A stretch of 64,000 nt of DNA, from the IMG/VR virus record IMGVR_UViG_3300045988_123588. The stretch is one strand, 5' to 3'. This DNA comes from a virus. Numbering within the stretch: the stretch's first letter is position 1; each line of letters begins with the position of its first letter. Below are positions 18,561-29,114 of the stretch, piece by piece. Below the pieces are notes generated by a model that saw nothing but the letters and a program-made list of their open reading frames with translations, did no database searches and had not been told where the DNA came from. Made by a program: the position numbers and the translations under genes.

Positions 18561-20325
18561 CAACCCATGGCTAACTCCCTTTCAGAGGTCATACAATGAC
18601 ATAAAAGCCAAACTGATTCAATCTCTGAATGAAAGGGTTCCAGAGATAACGGATATGAGTGAAGGTAATATATTCATACTTACACTCTCAATCTTTGCAG
18701 GTATTGCTGAGGTGATACACTACTACATTGATGGCATGGCAAGAGAAGCTTTCCTTCCAACTTGCAGAAGGTATTCATCATTGTACAAACATGCTAAGCT
18801 GGTAGATTACCACATAAAATCAGCTATCCCATCTTCAGTAGACTTAACGGTATATATGCAAGACGGGAGTCCTTTCCCGGTAGATATACAAGTACCACAG
18901 AACACGATATTCAATTCAAAGGATGGTAAGCAGTGGATAACTACTCGCAATGTAACTATCGAAAGAGGTACATATACTTATAAAGTACCGGTAGCTCAGA
19001 AAGAAGCTGTGGAAGAAGTGGAACTGGGTACTTATACATCTCATGACATTATCATAACCTTGGGAGACTTGCCTACGGATAAGAAATATGTAGAGGGTTC
19101 TATGGTACTCACTGTTGGTGGAGAGGCATGGACTTTGGTAGATACTTTTGCTTATTCAGGTCCAGGTGATAAGGTATACAAGGTGGAACTTGATACTACT
19201 CTCATTCCGTATCTGGTATTTGGTGATGGTCAGTTCGGTAGGAAACCGACTATAGGTTCACTCATTAAGGGGCAGTATTATCTAACCTACGGTGCAAATG
19301 GTAATATACCAGCAAACCAGTTTGATAAAGTTCCTGAGGTAATGGCTGATGTAACTTCTGGTCTTACTCTTACCAATACCATAGCTGCTACAGGAGGTTC
19401 AGACTATGAGGACTTCGATACACTTAAAGAACACATCCCATTGAGTATAAAAACTCTTGGAGTAGCTATCACTAAGGAAGATTATGAAGCCATAGCTATG
19501 TTGATAGACGGGGTAGATAAGGCTTACTGCAATTACATTTGCGGAAAGTATGTAGAAGTATATATCACTCCAGACGGTGGTTCAGAGGCAAGTACTGAAC
19601 TTATCAATAATGTAAGGCAAAGGATGGAATCATCCAAGGTATTAACTACTCGAGTAAGTGTATACTCTACACATGCAGCTAAGATTTATTTATCAGCTGA
19701 AATAACCGGTAGGAAGTCTTTCAAATCTATAGATATAAGCAATCAGGTAAAGAAGGCCTTACTGGATGCTTATAACTATCAGAACTCTGATATCAATAAA
19801 CCGGTAAGACAATCAGATTTGTACGCTCTTATGGATAATCAACCAATGGTTGACTTCCTTACCATAACTGAACTGTACTTACTGCCATATCCGATAGCCA
19901 TAAATATTAACTCTCAGAATACGGAAGAGATAGTATCAGTGCCAGCACTGAATATCACCTATTTCAAGATGATATCCTTTACAACTTCTACTCCGGAATC
20001 TGACTTCGAGAATTGTTACATACAGACCGTAATAGAAAACGGTAATGCCTTCTATAAGGTGTATGCTAACAAGGACTTATCGGGTAATGCTCTATACTCT
20101 GGTAAGTACGGTAAACCTCTTGAGGTAACTCTGACTAAGTCAAAGTTCAGCCTTACTATTAACTTACCGGTTGAAAACGCAAACTACGAAAACGGAACTG
20201 TATATCAATTAACTACCCAACCCATGGGAAGTAATGGTAGATTGGTAGACCTGATTCCACACAACTACAATATCCCTACTATCAGTTCGGATAACATAAC
20301 ACTCATAATCAATGAAGTGGTTTAA
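18550..20325 (+). CDS. Baseplate J-like protein
   Basis: 591 aa, lying directly after the gp25-like gene as in P2/Mu. The size is typical of the family. Confidence 0.65.
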   Translation: MSTSNPWLTPFQRSYNDIKAKLIQSLNERVPEITDMSEGNIFILTLSIFAGIAEVIHYYIDGMAREAFLPTCRRYSSLYKHAKLVDYHIKSAIPSSVDLTVYMQDGSPFPVDIQVPQNTIFNSKDGKQWITTRNVTIERGTYTYKVPVAQKEAVEEVELGTYTSHDIIITLGDLPTDKKYVEGSMVLTVGGEAWTLVDTFAYSGPGDKVYKVELDTTLIPYLVFGDGQFGRKPTIGSLIKGQYYLTYGANGNIPANQFDKVPEVMADVTSGLTLTNTIAATGGSDYEDFDTLKEHIPLSIKTLGVAITKEDYEAIAMLIDGVDKAYCNYICGKYVEVYITPDGGSEASTELINNVRQRMESSKVLTTRVSVYSTHAAKIYLSAEITGRKSFKSIDISNQVKKALLDAYNYQNSDINKPVRQSDLYALMDNQPMVDFLTITELYLLPYPIAININSQNTEEIVSVPALNITYFKMISFTTSTPESDFENCYIQTVIENGNAFYKVYANKDLSGNALYSGKYGKPLEVTLTKSKFSLTINLPVENANYENGTVYQLTTQPMGSNGRLVDLIPHNYNIPTISSDNITLIINEVV

Positions 20326-21208
20326 TCCAGCGAAGACATTCTTCAGGGATTACATCTTCAGTAACCTTTTTGACCATTACTACAAAGCCAATGATACTTA
20401 TCAAGATTCAGAAGGCAAGGGTATATTCGAAAGGTTCATAGATGTATGTTCTGGCTATTTCGATACTGAGGTAATGCCCGATATAGATAACTTCATGGAA
20501 TGTTTGGATGTGGATAAAGCCAATCCTATATTCCTGAACTATCTATGGGAATACTTTGGGTTCATTCCTTATGCTTATGGCGTATTAACTAAGGGAGAGC
20601 CCTATACAGAGGAGAATCTAGAGAATTGGATAAAAGAGGACAGGGGTTTTCCCACTGCGGATTACCGGTTAGTTCTAAGATACGCCATATCTTTGTACAA
20701 GATAAGAGGTACTCGACGGTTTTATGAAATATTGGGCCGTTTTTACGGAGTGACCTTTACACTAACTGAAGTAGATGAAAGTACCAAAGCTTCGGTAGCT
20801 AAAGCTATAGGTGATGGTTCTGTAAACTATGACACTATCTCTCATTTCGATACTCCTTCAGCTACTTATGATACCGAGACAGATTGTTGGGAATGTGTCC
20901 CAATGATTCTTACTATTGGTATACCAAAGGGTCAGTGGGACTTTATGGTAAGGAAAGACCAAGAGATTCAAGAACAATTATTGGAAGAGTGGAAGTTGAT
21001 GAATCCCGACGCAACCGAAGAAGAGATAGAGGCTGAAAGGGAATCGATACAATCAGAACATCCCTCTGACTATAGTGATAAAGTAAGGGAAACTCTGGTA
21101 AACATTGTCAATAAGTACCTACCCGTAAATGTAAAATATTTTGAACCAAAAGACAGTTCTGTAGTATTTGAACAAACTACTGCCGTAATTTATATTGTAT
21201 ATGCTTAA
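20312..21208 (+). CDS. Baseplate-distal protein in the P2 gpI position
   Basis: 298 aa. The call rests on position only. Confidence 0.35.
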   Translation: MKWFNPAKTFFRDYIFSNLFDHYYKANDTYQDSEGKGIFERFIDVCSGYFDTEVMPDIDNFMECLDVDKANPIFLNYLWEYFGFIPYAYGVLTKGEPYTEENLENWIKEDRGFPTADYRLVLRYAISLYKIRGTRRFYEILGRFYGVTFTLTEVDESTKASVAKAIGDGSVNYDTISHFDTPSATYDTETDCWECVPMILTIGIPKGQWDFMVRKDQEIQEQLLEEWKLMNPDATEEEIEAERESIQSEHPSDYSDKVRETLVNIVNKYLPVNVKYFEPKDSSVVFEQTTAVIYIVYA

Positions 21209-21845
21209 CACACCTCTAATAGCTCTACTACTTTCTCTTGCTCAAGAAGACCCCAAACTAGACAATGCCGTTCAATCTTTAACCAAATCTTCGATTGAAT
21301 TGGCTGAAGCTGCCTCAAATTATGGGGCACTTAAAGTGATATTCGGTATATTCATGGTATTGGTTCTTGTAATGGTAGTAATGTTTATATATACCATCTG
21401 GAACTTAAATAAAAAGGTATCGGTAGTCTCTGAATCCTCTCAACAAGTGAAGGAGTTCTTCGATGGGGCCGCTGACTCTACCATTGGGATAACTGAAGCT
21501 CAGATACTGATACGCAGAGAATTTAATTGCTTAGGACATATCCTTAAATATGCGATACTGCGTATACGATTTGAAAATCATATCGACAACAAAGAGTCAG
21601 TCGTAAAGAAAGTAGATAGTTTGGTAAATAATGAGTATTCCGAACTATGTGGGATGCTATCAAACTTCACCTGTAATGGTAAATCTCTGGCAAATATCTT
21701 TGAGCCTCAAGATAATGAAGCAATAAAAGATATGGTAATTGAACAGATATATATACCAAAGGACCAATTTACAATTTCTAGTATGGACCAATCGGTTGGT
21801 ATGTATCTAAACGGGTTAAAACTAATGTACCTTAAAAAATTATAG
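21195..21845 (+). CDS. Membrane-anchored protein (holin or lysis-accessory candidate)
   Basis: It has one strong TM helix (VIFGIFMVLVLVMVVMFIYTIW) and lies immediately upstream of the amidase. Confidence 0.4.
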   Translation: MYMLNTPLIALLLSLAQEDPKLDNAVQSLTKSSIELAEAASNYGALKVIFGIFMVLVLVMVVMFIYTIWNLNKKVSVVSESSQQVKEFFDGAADSTIGITEAQILIRREFNCLGHILKYAILRIRFENHIDNKESVVKKVDSLVNNEYSELCGMLSNFTCNGKSLANIFEPQDNEAIKDMVIEQIYIPKDQFTISSMDQSVGMYLNGLKLMYLKKL

Positions 21846-21847
21846 CT

Positions 21848-22474
21848 ATGGCACGAAGATTATTGCCTATCATTGACTTTGCGCACGGGTCAGATGTAGC
21901 GGGGAAACAATCTCCCGACGGTAGACATAAGGAATACCTGTGGAGTAGAAAAGTAGGTAAGATGTTGGCAGAACGTCTTAAACAAGAAGGATTTGAAGTA
22001 GCGTTCACCAATACTAAGGACACCGAAATTGGGCTGTCTAGAAGAAAAGAAATTGCAAATAATTTAGATACTCCCCGAGGGGGTGCAAAGTTTCTGCTTT
22101 CACTCCATAACAATGCTGCAGGTATGGGGAATGAATGGTGCGCTGCAAGGGGTTTTGAAATATATACCACCAAAGGACAAACTCGTTCGGATTTATTTGC
22201 CACGGTAATATTCGAACAATTACAGGAAGACTTTCCTACTACAGACGGTTATAAACATCGTATGGACCCATCAGATGGTGACCCTGATAAGGAAGCTAAC
22301 TTCACAGTACTGATGGGCAACAACTACTGGGGAGTACTTCTCGAGTGGTTATTCCAGGATAACCCAGATGATGTGGCTTTACTTGAGGATGACTCAGTAA
22401 ATCACAAACTGGTGGAGTCATTAACCAAGGCTTTAATCTTCATAGATGAAAATCTTGATAAGTTAAAAATCTAA
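21848..22474 (+). CDS. N-acetylmuramoyl-L-alanine amidase (Amidase_3-type endolysin)
   Basis: HGSDVAGKQSPDGR...EYLWSRKVGKMLAERLKQEGFEVAFTNTKDTEIGLSRRKEIAN...FLLSLHNNAAG fits the Amidase_3 signature. Confidence 0.8.
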   Translation: MARRLLPIIDFAHGSDVAGKQSPDGRHKEYLWSRKVGKMLAERLKQEGFEVAFTNTKDTEIGLSRRKEIANNLDTPRGGAKFLLSLHNNAAGMGNEWCAARGFEIYTTKGQTRSDLFATVIFEQLQEDFPTTDGYKHRMDPSDGDPDKEANFTVLMGNNYWGVLLEWLFQDNPDDVALLEDDSVNHKLVESLTKALIFIDENLDKLKI

Positions 22475-22476
22475 CT

Positions 22477-24306
22477 ATGGCACAGAATAATGTAACTGAA
22501 GTAGTAAATGGGATAGTACAACCAAGATTCTATCAAGTCTATGGAGACTTAATAGAATCTAAAGAGGTTATGGAACCTCTTGCTATAATGGCTGGTACAG
22601 GTCCTATTTGCGGCTTCGATTGGGTAGATACTACCCAACAGAACGTAACCATAACCAGTGTATTCAAAAGACCGGGTACATTACCTTCGGGAATGAGTAA
22701 TATACTGGGCCGGGCTCGTAGAGTATTCCTTTCTAATAAGGATAATACTGCAGGCCAGGTGTTCAATGCTTACACTACTCCCGACGGATTATGTCACATT
22801 GCCCCTGACGTACTAACCTTTAATGGAGTACAACCATCTGGAGGGTGGCCAAATCTGAGCAATCCTCAGAAGTTGGTAGCATTTGCTGTAAAAGCTACCC
22901 ATACATATCGTCCAGATGGAAGTGAGAATCCTCCAAGTGTAACCAACTTCACCTGTGGTTGGTTAACATTTGACGATATATATGGTATCGAGGAAATTCT
23001 CTCTTGGGGATACGAGAGGATGTTAGAACTCCTGGCTGATTCAGGAATGCCTTTCAACAAGAATGTAGATTCTCTCATAGGAGTATACTTAGTTGGATGG
23101 AGACCCGAATGGAATAGTGACCCAAACAGTCAAAGATATAAGTCTATCATGGCTTCACTGAATTACACTTTGTGTTTGGTACCAACACAGGGTCAGTTCC
23201 CGGTGAAACCGTATGGGCTTAACCCTTTGGATATACTTGACCTCAAGAATAGGGTAAAGGTATTGGAACAGAGTACTATCCCTGTAGAAGTAGGTGATTT
23301 GACCGCTCAGGTATCAAACCTTATGAAATCCCTTGGTCAAGTAGTGGAAGTAGAAGTAACTAAAACTGGGTCCGATGGTGAAGACGATGTATATACATTT
23401 ACTAAACTGAATGTTAACGGTTCAAAATTTGTCACGGACTCACCCATAGAAAAGAAACTTCACTGGCAATGGATTGAAGGTGCTGATGCCGCTGGTATAT
23501 TTATATCTCCCGATATAGATATATCAAAACCAACTACAGTTCCTTCTAACAAGTGGGAGTTAGGTACAGTATTGTTTGGGATAAATGAGCAAGGGGCGAT
23601 GATATATGAAAATATCAGTACTCCTTATCAACATGACGATTGGAAATTTGCTGGGTGTATCATGCTACAATTAAGCCCAAATGAAAACGATTCTTCGTGT
23701 ATCCCGACCGGATTTTATCATCCCACTAATCCCGATGCTGCTATGGGTTGGAGAATGGCTATTGCCATGAAGAGATTGATGGGTAGTAAGTCTATGTACT
23801 ATGAGACTGCCGATAGTGGTCTGTTGAATTTCAACCCGAGTTCTGCAACTGACCATTATGCTTATGTAAAAGCTATAATGGGTGTAAATACTTTAACCTT
23901 GAGAGTAGTAGTATGCCTCTTGAATCAGGGTACAGCTAACGCATCTTTGAATTACAATTTGGCTATGTTATTCCAAAAAAATTCCAAGATGAGTAGAATG
24001 ATGGGCGAGATACTTAGGTTGAAGAATAATTCCGAGAGTATTACTCGCATATTCATGTCAATGCCAACTACTTTCAAAGCCAAAGATATTGAACTAGAGT
24101 TGGCTGAGAATATGGATTGTGAGTTCCAAAAGTATTCTGCATATTTATCCATAGCTAACAACACAGCTAATATAGTGGTAAGTCTAAGGGGTATGACTAA
24201 GGCAACCGGAGCTCAAGAATATATCGAATTAGGTCATGAGATAACTATACCTATCCATGACATAACCGAGGATTTATATAATCGGACATTATCTGGTGAA
24301 ATGTAA
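22477..24306 (+). CDS. Large distal structural protein (tail fibre or receptor-binding candidate)
   Basis: 609 aa with an ATGGCA start. It is the last gene of the late operon before a strong terminator. No motif recognised. Confidence 0.35.
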   Translation: MAQNNVTEVVNGIVQPRFYQVYGDLIESKEVMEPLAIMAGTGPICGFDWVDTTQQNVTITSVFKRPGTLPSGMSNILGRARRVFLSNKDNTAGQVFNAYTTPDGLCHIAPDVLTFNGVQPSGGWPNLSNPQKLVAFAVKATHTYRPDGSENPPSVTNFTCGWLTFDDIYGIEEILSWGYERMLELLADSGMPFNKNVDSLIGVYLVGWRPEWNSDPNSQRYKSIMASLNYTLCLVPTQGQFPVKPYGLNPLDILDLKNRVKVLEQSTIPVEVGDLTAQVSNLMKSLGQVVEVEVTKTGSDGEDDVYTFTKLNVNGSKFVTDSPIEKKLHWQWIEGADAAGIFISPDIDISKPTTVPSNKWELGTVLFGINEQGAMIYENISTPYQHDDWKFAGCIMLQLSPNENDSSCIPTGFYHPTNPDAAMGWRMAIAMKRLMGSKSMYYETADSGLLNFNPSSATDHYAYVKAIMGVNTLTLRVVVCLLNQGTANASLNYNLAMLFQKNSKMSRMMGEILRLKNNSESITRIFMSMPTTFKAKDIELELAENMDCEFQKYSAYLSIANNTANIVVSLRGMTKATGAQEYIELGHEITIPIHDITEDLYNRTLSGEM

Positions 24307-24335
24307 ACTGAACCATAGTTGAGTTGGTTAAGTGG

Positions 24336-24377
24336 GGCCGGGGTGAGGTTAGCAATAACCTTGCTCTGGCCTTTTTT
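24336..24377 (+). terminator. Strong terminator between convergent genes
   Basis: A 16-bp stem (ggccggggtgaggtta / taaccttgctctggcc, with G-U pairs) closes a gcaa tetraloop and is followed by tttttt. Confidence 0.8.
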
Positions 24378-25024
24378 CATTGTTTAAGGTCTAAGGCAGC
24401 TTGTTCTAAAGTTTTCTGTATGGTCTTTCTCATTCTGGAGAACATGTTAACTGCAAACTTATCTCGAGGCAACTCAAAGTAATCTATCAAGTGAAGGATA
24501 GATAACTTACCATGAGAATCTTTGATACGGGACTCAAACCATTTAGGAGGCTCAAGCTGTATCTGCATTACTAAGTATTCATCAGGAGTGAGATGCTCCT
24601 TCATGTACTGATGAAATCTTTGAGATTGTTCCTCTTTAATCCGAGTCTCATCAGAATCATCAAGTAGCTCTTTATTATTGTCAAATAAGACTTCAAATGA
24701 AGTTAACTCTTGATTGAACTCTGCTTGCTTGGTATAAGCATTCCTCAGTAACTTACTTTTATAAGTTTGCAGGGAAGATAGGAGAGTTGCTTTTAACCTT
24801 TCCTCATCATATTCGTCTTGGTATTTATTAAATACATACAAGAACTTATCCCAGAAGAAGGAGTTAATAATATCTGGCGTGAGATTGAATCTTCTAGAAT
24901 CAACTCCCCTTGTCAGTCTACGGATTAATGGTTTGCAGGTTTTATATAACCTATTAAACAAATCCTCATCATAAGGTTTTAATTCTGTTAAACGATGTAG
25001 TTCACTTCCGTTGTTGCCTTTCAT
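24377..25024 (-). CDS. Sigma-70/ECF-like transcription factor candidate
   Basis: This is the only minus-strand gene. I trimmed the start to MKGNN at 25024 because a TATATTTG box lies 23 nt upstream. The region-2-like segment is LFNRLYKTCKPLIRRL...DIINSFFWDKF. The region-4-like HTH is LSILHLIDYFELPRDKFAVNMFSRMRKTIQKTLEQA. Confidence 0.5.
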   Translation of the reverse strand: MKGNNGSELHRLTELKPYDEDLFNRLYKTCKPLIRRLTRGVDSRRFNLTPDIINSFFWDKFLYVFNKYQDEYDEERLKATLLSSLQTYKSKLLRNAYTKQAEFNQELTSFEVLFDNNKELLDDSDETRIKEEQSQRFHQYMKEHLTPDEYLVMQIQLEPPKWFESRIKDSHGKLSILHLIDYFELPRDKFAVNMFSRMRKTIQKTLEQAALDLKQ

Positions 25025-25047
25025 AGTAGTAAAGATTTTTAACAATG

Positions 25048-25055
25048 CAAATATA
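25048..25055 (-). promoter_or_regulatory. -7 box TATATTTG for the sigma-like gene
   Basis: The + strand caaatata at 25048-25055 reads tatatttg(ca) on the minus strand. The 23-nt distance to the ATG matches the other promoters of this family. Confidence 0.55.
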
Positions 25056-25194
25056 AATAATAAAGTAACAACTTGTATGAATTTTATCAAAATTATTTCA
25101 CCGTCTGTGTTCAAGTATGTTCAAAGATGAGCTTGGAGAACTATATTATCTAGCAGATACTATTGATTATACACTCATGAATATTATATAATAT

Positions 25195-26661
25195 ATGAAA
25201 CAAAATAGGGTAAAGAAGAGGTTAAACTCCTGTGACAAGTTTACGTTCTCTATTGAGTTTCAATTAGAAGTACTTAGGTTCTTGGTACAAGGGAAGGAAG
25301 CTTTTCTATATGTTCCAAAGATAAAACCTGGGTACTTTACTTTAATTGAACACTCCATAGTAGTAGAGGCCTTGGTAAAATTCGTAAAGAAATATCAACG
25401 AATACCAAGTGAGGTCTTAATGGTTGAGCAGGTTAAAACTTTATTAGAAGGTAAGGATTATGTAGACTTGGTTACTAAGGATGATATCCCTAATATTCAT
25501 AGTTTAATATCCGAACTTTATAACAAACCTCTAAAGGATGTGGATATTGTCTTGGAGAACATACATAAGTTTATTGCTTACATTGAATTGAAAGCTCTGA
25601 ACGAGGGTATGGACTTCTCTGATTACAATTCCTACGAAACTTATCAAGCTAAACTAACCAAGATTCTACAGAGTTCAAAACCTCAAAAGAAGGATGAACC
25701 TTTACTCATGGTTAGTGGAACTGCAATGCGACAACTTATGAGAAAGGTTGACCCAGATGTAGTTCCTACTCCATTCTGGCAGTTAAATAGATTGGGTAAT
25801 GGAGATGGATATCCCAAGAATTCTCTTTTCGTTTTAATTGACCGTCCCAAACGAAGAAAGACTTTTGCACTTATCAATGTTGCTCGGGGATATCTTGCTA
25901 TGAAAAAGAATGTCCTCTACATAGATACTGAAAATGGTAAAAACCAGTTAATGGACCGTATGATTCAGTCCACCCTAAATAAAACTAAGAGGGAGATGTT
26001 AACTGGTGATTATGATAAGATGGAGCAAAGGCACATGCGTAAATATAAACGACTTGGGGTTGAGTTTATTGTGGAGCGTGTACCTGCAACCATTGCAGAT
26101 TGTAACACCATTATGAACTTGGTTAGGAAATTAGAAACCGAGAAAGGTATCAAAGTCCATGTCATAATTATTGACTATGCTGCAAAGTTGGCTTCTATTG
26201 CTCGAGATAGGGATGATGTAGAACGTATCAACAATGTATATATAGATATAGATAATATGGGAGATGAGTTGGGGCTTGATGCTGTATGGACTGCCCAGCA
26301 TGTTACCAGAGAGGGAGCTAAGCATCAAGAAACTCGATATGAGGATAATGATATTGCTTCTGCTATATCTATCATAAGGAATGCAAAATGCGTCATGGGA
26401 TTAAATTCTACTCAAGACGAGGAGGAACATAATATCATGAGAATGGAGGTTGTAGTTCAACGTGATGGAGTTCCAAATGGTCGGGTAATGTTTAATATGG
26501 ACCCCGAAAGACAACGTATGAAAGAGTTCTCAAAAGAAGCCAGAGCTAAGTATGATGAATCAATAGGTAAACAGGTAGATGACTTGCTTAAGAAAAAGAG
26601 GAGAGTAAGTAATCCCAATGCAGACCCCGAAAAGAGGAGTAAGACTTCAGGAGATATATAA
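25195..26661 (+). CDS. DnaB/gp4-type replicative helicase-like ATPase
   Basis: It has a RecA-fold core. Walker A is degenerate (DRPKRRKT) and Walker B is VHVIIIDYAAKL. H3 is VWTAQHVTREG and H4 is NAKCVMGLNS. Confidence 0.55.
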   Translation: MKQNRVKKRLNSCDKFTFSIEFQLEVLRFLVQGKEAFLYVPKIKPGYFTLIEHSIVVEALVKFVKKYQRIPSEVLMVEQVKTLLEGKDYVDLVTKDDIPNIHSLISELYNKPLKDVDIVLENIHKFIAYIELKALNEGMDFSDYNSYETYQAKLTKILQSSKPQKKDEPLLMVSGTAMRQLMRKVDPDVVPTPFWQLNRLGNGDGYPKNSLFVLIDRPKRRKTFALINVARGYLAMKKNVLYIDTENGKNQLMDRMIQSTLNKTKREMLTGDYDKMEQRHMRKYKRLGVEFIVERVPATIADCNTIMNLVRKLETEKGIKVHVIIIDYAAKLASIARDRDDVERINNVYIDIDNMGDELGLDAVWTAQHVTREGAKHQETRYEDNDIASAISIIRNAKCVMGLNSTQDEEEHNIMRMEVVVQRDGVPNGRVMFNMDPERQRMKEFSKEARAKYDESIGKQVDDLLKKKRRVSNPNADPEKRSKTSGDI

Positions 26662-26690
26662 AAAGTTAAACCTTAAATAATTAAAATTGT

Positions 26691-26903
26691 ATGGCACGAA
26701 TTATCGATTCTATGGAATTAGCTAAGTTTGGAGAAGGTGTTACATCTTGTAACAAGTGTAAAAAGGTAATAGCCTTCAATAAGAAAGAAATATTCTTAGA
26801 CTTAAGCTATGGTCCAGGACATGATGGGGAAGAAAGCGTTAGATGTCCTAAATGCAATTCAGTATTACATATAGGAGAGTTTCACGCCACTGAACACATG
26901 TAA
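26691..26903 (+). CDS. Small zinc-ribbon protein
   Basis: 70 aa with CNKCKK...CPKCNS (two CxxC pairs). Confidence 0.6.
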   Translation: MARIIDSMELAKFGEGVTSCNKCKKVIAFNKKEIFLDLSYGPGHDGEESVRCPKCNSVLHIGEFHATEHM

Positions 26904-26905
26904 TC

Positions 26906-27274
26906 ATGAACATTAGATTGCTAAAAATGTTTCGGAGGAGAGCTTCCAAAGAAATATGTTTAAGAAGACAAGCTGGTAACCGATACGAGATAGTATGCCC
27001 AATAGATGAAACCCATACTCTCGGGTATTTCACTAGACCTTGGGTACATATAAATGAACCCAGAGCTTCTGTAACTTTTAATATGTGTGTTCCAAATGGT
27101 AGCACACTTGTAAGGAAAGTAGGCTATAATCAAATGTACGATGAATGCTGCATTCCATTCCCCAGTAATCTACTCAAATTAGAGGAAGCTCAAAAAGAGT
27201 TAGTAAAGATTCGGAGGGGTTACATAATGTATCACTTAATACCAGAATTCTGTAAGAAGTTGCCTATTAAGTAA
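26906..27274 (+). CDS. Hypothetical protein
   Basis: 122 aa, tightly packed. Confidence 0.5.
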   Translation: MNIRLLKMFRRRASKEICLRRQAGNRYEIVCPIDETHTLGYFTRPWVHINEPRASVTFNMCVPNGSTLVRKVGYNQMYDECCIPFPSNLLKLEEAQKELVKIRRGYIMYHLIPEFCKKLPIK

Positions 27275-27278
27275 TAAC

Positions 27279-27316
27279 TACCCGGCTATGTTATTCATGG
27301 TCGGGTATTTTCGTTT
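27279..27316 (+). terminator. Hairpin plus T tract
   Basis: tacccgg pairs with tcgggta around a 15-nt loop, followed by ttttcgttt. Confidence 0.55.
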
Positions 27317-27321
27317 AAGAT

Positions 27322-28275
27322 ATGAGACTTAACAGCAATATAAAAGGTAAGATGCACCAATATTTTATCAGAAAGATAGGGGCATTTGATTACCGTAAGG
27401 GGTGGATGAAATCAGACTGTCCATACTGTGGGGGAGAGAAGAAGTTTGGTATCAACCTTTCAAATAATAGGTGCAATTGTTTTAAGTGTGGTGAGCATCC
27501 TTCTCCCCTAAGTCTGATAATGTATCTGGAGAGCACAGATAGTTTTCAGGAGGTATTATCTATACTCGAATCTGATGATTATACTGGATATGTATTCAAA
27601 GAGGAGAAGGTTGAGTTAAAAGGTAAGAAGGAGTTCTTCCTTCCCGAGGGATTTAAGAACATATCCATGGGTACTTCTCTGTTGGCAAGGTCTGCCAGGA
27701 ATTATCTTAAGAAACGAGGATTTAAGATAGAGGAGTTAGCTCGTAAAGGATGGGGATATTGTAACACAGGTAAGTATCTTGGATATATCATTATTCCATT
27801 TACAGAGCATGGGCAATTAACTTATTTCAATGCTCGATTATATATGGGCGCTGGTCCCAAATATAACAACCCAGAAGTAGATATAACAGGTTTGGGAAAG
27901 AGTTTTATTATATATAATGCAGATGCTCTAGAAATATATCGAACCGTTTATATTTGTGAGGGTGCAATCAACGCTGAAACCTTGGGAGAGAATGGGATTG
28001 CAACCGGAGGTAAGTCAGTCAGTAGATATCAGGTAAACAAGTTCATCAAAAGTCCAGTAGAGAAGTTCATTATACTGATTGACCCTGATGCTAAAGATAA
28101 GGCATTAGACCTGGCATTTAAGTTAGTACCTTTCAAAAAGGTAAAGGTAGTATTCTTACCAGATAATGAGGATGTCAATTCATTAGGTAAGCGAAGGACT
28201 TTAGAATATGTACGAAAGACGACATATCAGACTTATCAAGAACTTTTATCTATAAAATCACAATTGAAATTATAA
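27322..28275 (+). CDS. DNA primase (zinc finger plus TOPRIM)
   Basis: The zinc finger is CPYCGGEKKF...CNCFKCGEH. The TOPRIM motifs are VYICEGAINAETL and ILIDPDAKDKA. Confidence 0.8.
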   Translation: MRLNSNIKGKMHQYFIRKIGAFDYRKGWMKSDCPYCGGEKKFGINLSNNRCNCFKCGEHPSPLSLIMYLESTDSFQEVLSILESDDYTGYVFKEEKVELKGKKEFFLPEGFKNISMGTSLLARSARNYLKKRGFKIEELARKGWGYCNTGKYLGYIIIPFTEHGQLTYFNARLYMGAGPKYNNPEVDITGLGKSFIIYNADALEIYRTVYICEGAINAETLGENGIATGGKSVSRYQVNKFIKSPVEKFIILIDPDAKDKALDLAFKLVPFKKVKVVFLPDNEDVNSLGKRRTLEYVRKTTYQTYQELLSIKSQLKL

Positions 28276-29114
28276 TGGCAAAACGAGAACCTTCCATACA
28301 TATCTCCAAAACCTTATTCTATAAACTCTGGAATGAGATGGGAGGTATGATATCAGAAGAATTTGTTGATAAGTTTTTCACTAAAGCCAGACAATATTCT
28401 TTAGACCACCGTTCAGTGGTTGGAGAAAATAAAAAGGTACAAACTCAGGCTATTCGTAGAGCTTCTGGAAGTATAGGGGATGCAAACTTATTAGCAGATA
28501 TCATCTATTCCACTAGAGTTAAGCTCAAACATATAGGAGTAACCAAAATAAAACAAACTGATTTACAATGGGCTTCAGTAAAAGAATTAGTACCCGTTGT
28601 AAATGAATTTTGTCAAAAGTTTGGGTTCGAACCTCGTCAGGGATATATTGAGTTTGTAACTACAGGTATAAAACTAATGTCTCAGGCAAAGAGAGTAAAC
28701 TATAACTTCTGTGCTAATTGGTTACATCAGAGGGTGAATTGGATTATGGATGTATATGAGGCTGAGAAAGAAGTCAAGGAGGATGAATATCCCAAGTTCA
28801 CTCGAGAAGTATATGAACATTATACCAAAGAGATTCTTGATAGAATAGGTATCAATAATACTTATGACAAGAATCCTCAGGAGTATGTATGGTTTGTAAG
28901 GGCAAGAAAATTAGCCGATGAAATTGGCGTTGATTATGAGACTTTTGTACTTGGTCAGTTTTATGCACTTGAATTTTGTAACGGTATACCCAAGATAGAA
29001 GACTTATCCAACGATAAAGCTCGCCAAAGAGTTATCAATTACATGGCAAAGTTTAATATAGTGTCCCGACCTAGAACAGAACAGGTGGATTGGGACGCCT
29101 TCAAAAATCGATAA
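28275..29114 (+). CDS. Hypothetical replication-module protein
   Basis: 279 aa with an ATGGCA start overlapping the primase stop. Confidence 0.5.
   Translation: MAKREPSIHISKTLFYKLWNEMGGMISEEFVDKFFTKARQYSLDHRSVVGENKKVQTQAIRRASGSIGDANLLADIIYSTRVKLKHIGVTKIKQTDLQWASVKELVPVVNEFCQKFGFEPRQGYIEFVTTGIKLMSQAKRVNYNFCANWLHQRVNWIMDVYEAEKEVKEDEYPKFTREVYEHYTKEILDRIGINNTYDKNPQEYVWFVRARKLADEIGVDYETFVLGQFYALEFCNGIPKIEDLSNDKARQRVINYMAKFNIVSRPRTEQVDWDAFKNR

Noticed and set aside
22477-24306. Diversity-generating retroelement targeting the distal tail protein
   Set aside because: There is no reverse transcriptase gene in the window. I saw no template/variable repeat pair near the 3' end of this gene.
25170-25194. 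TATAAT-like boxes upstream of replication genes (25183, 29331, 38086) as a sigma-70-type middle promoter class
   Set aside because: The sequence is very AT-rich, so TATAAT-like strings are expected by chance. Spacing to the start codons is inconsistent (3 to 20 nt) and there are no shared -35 elements.
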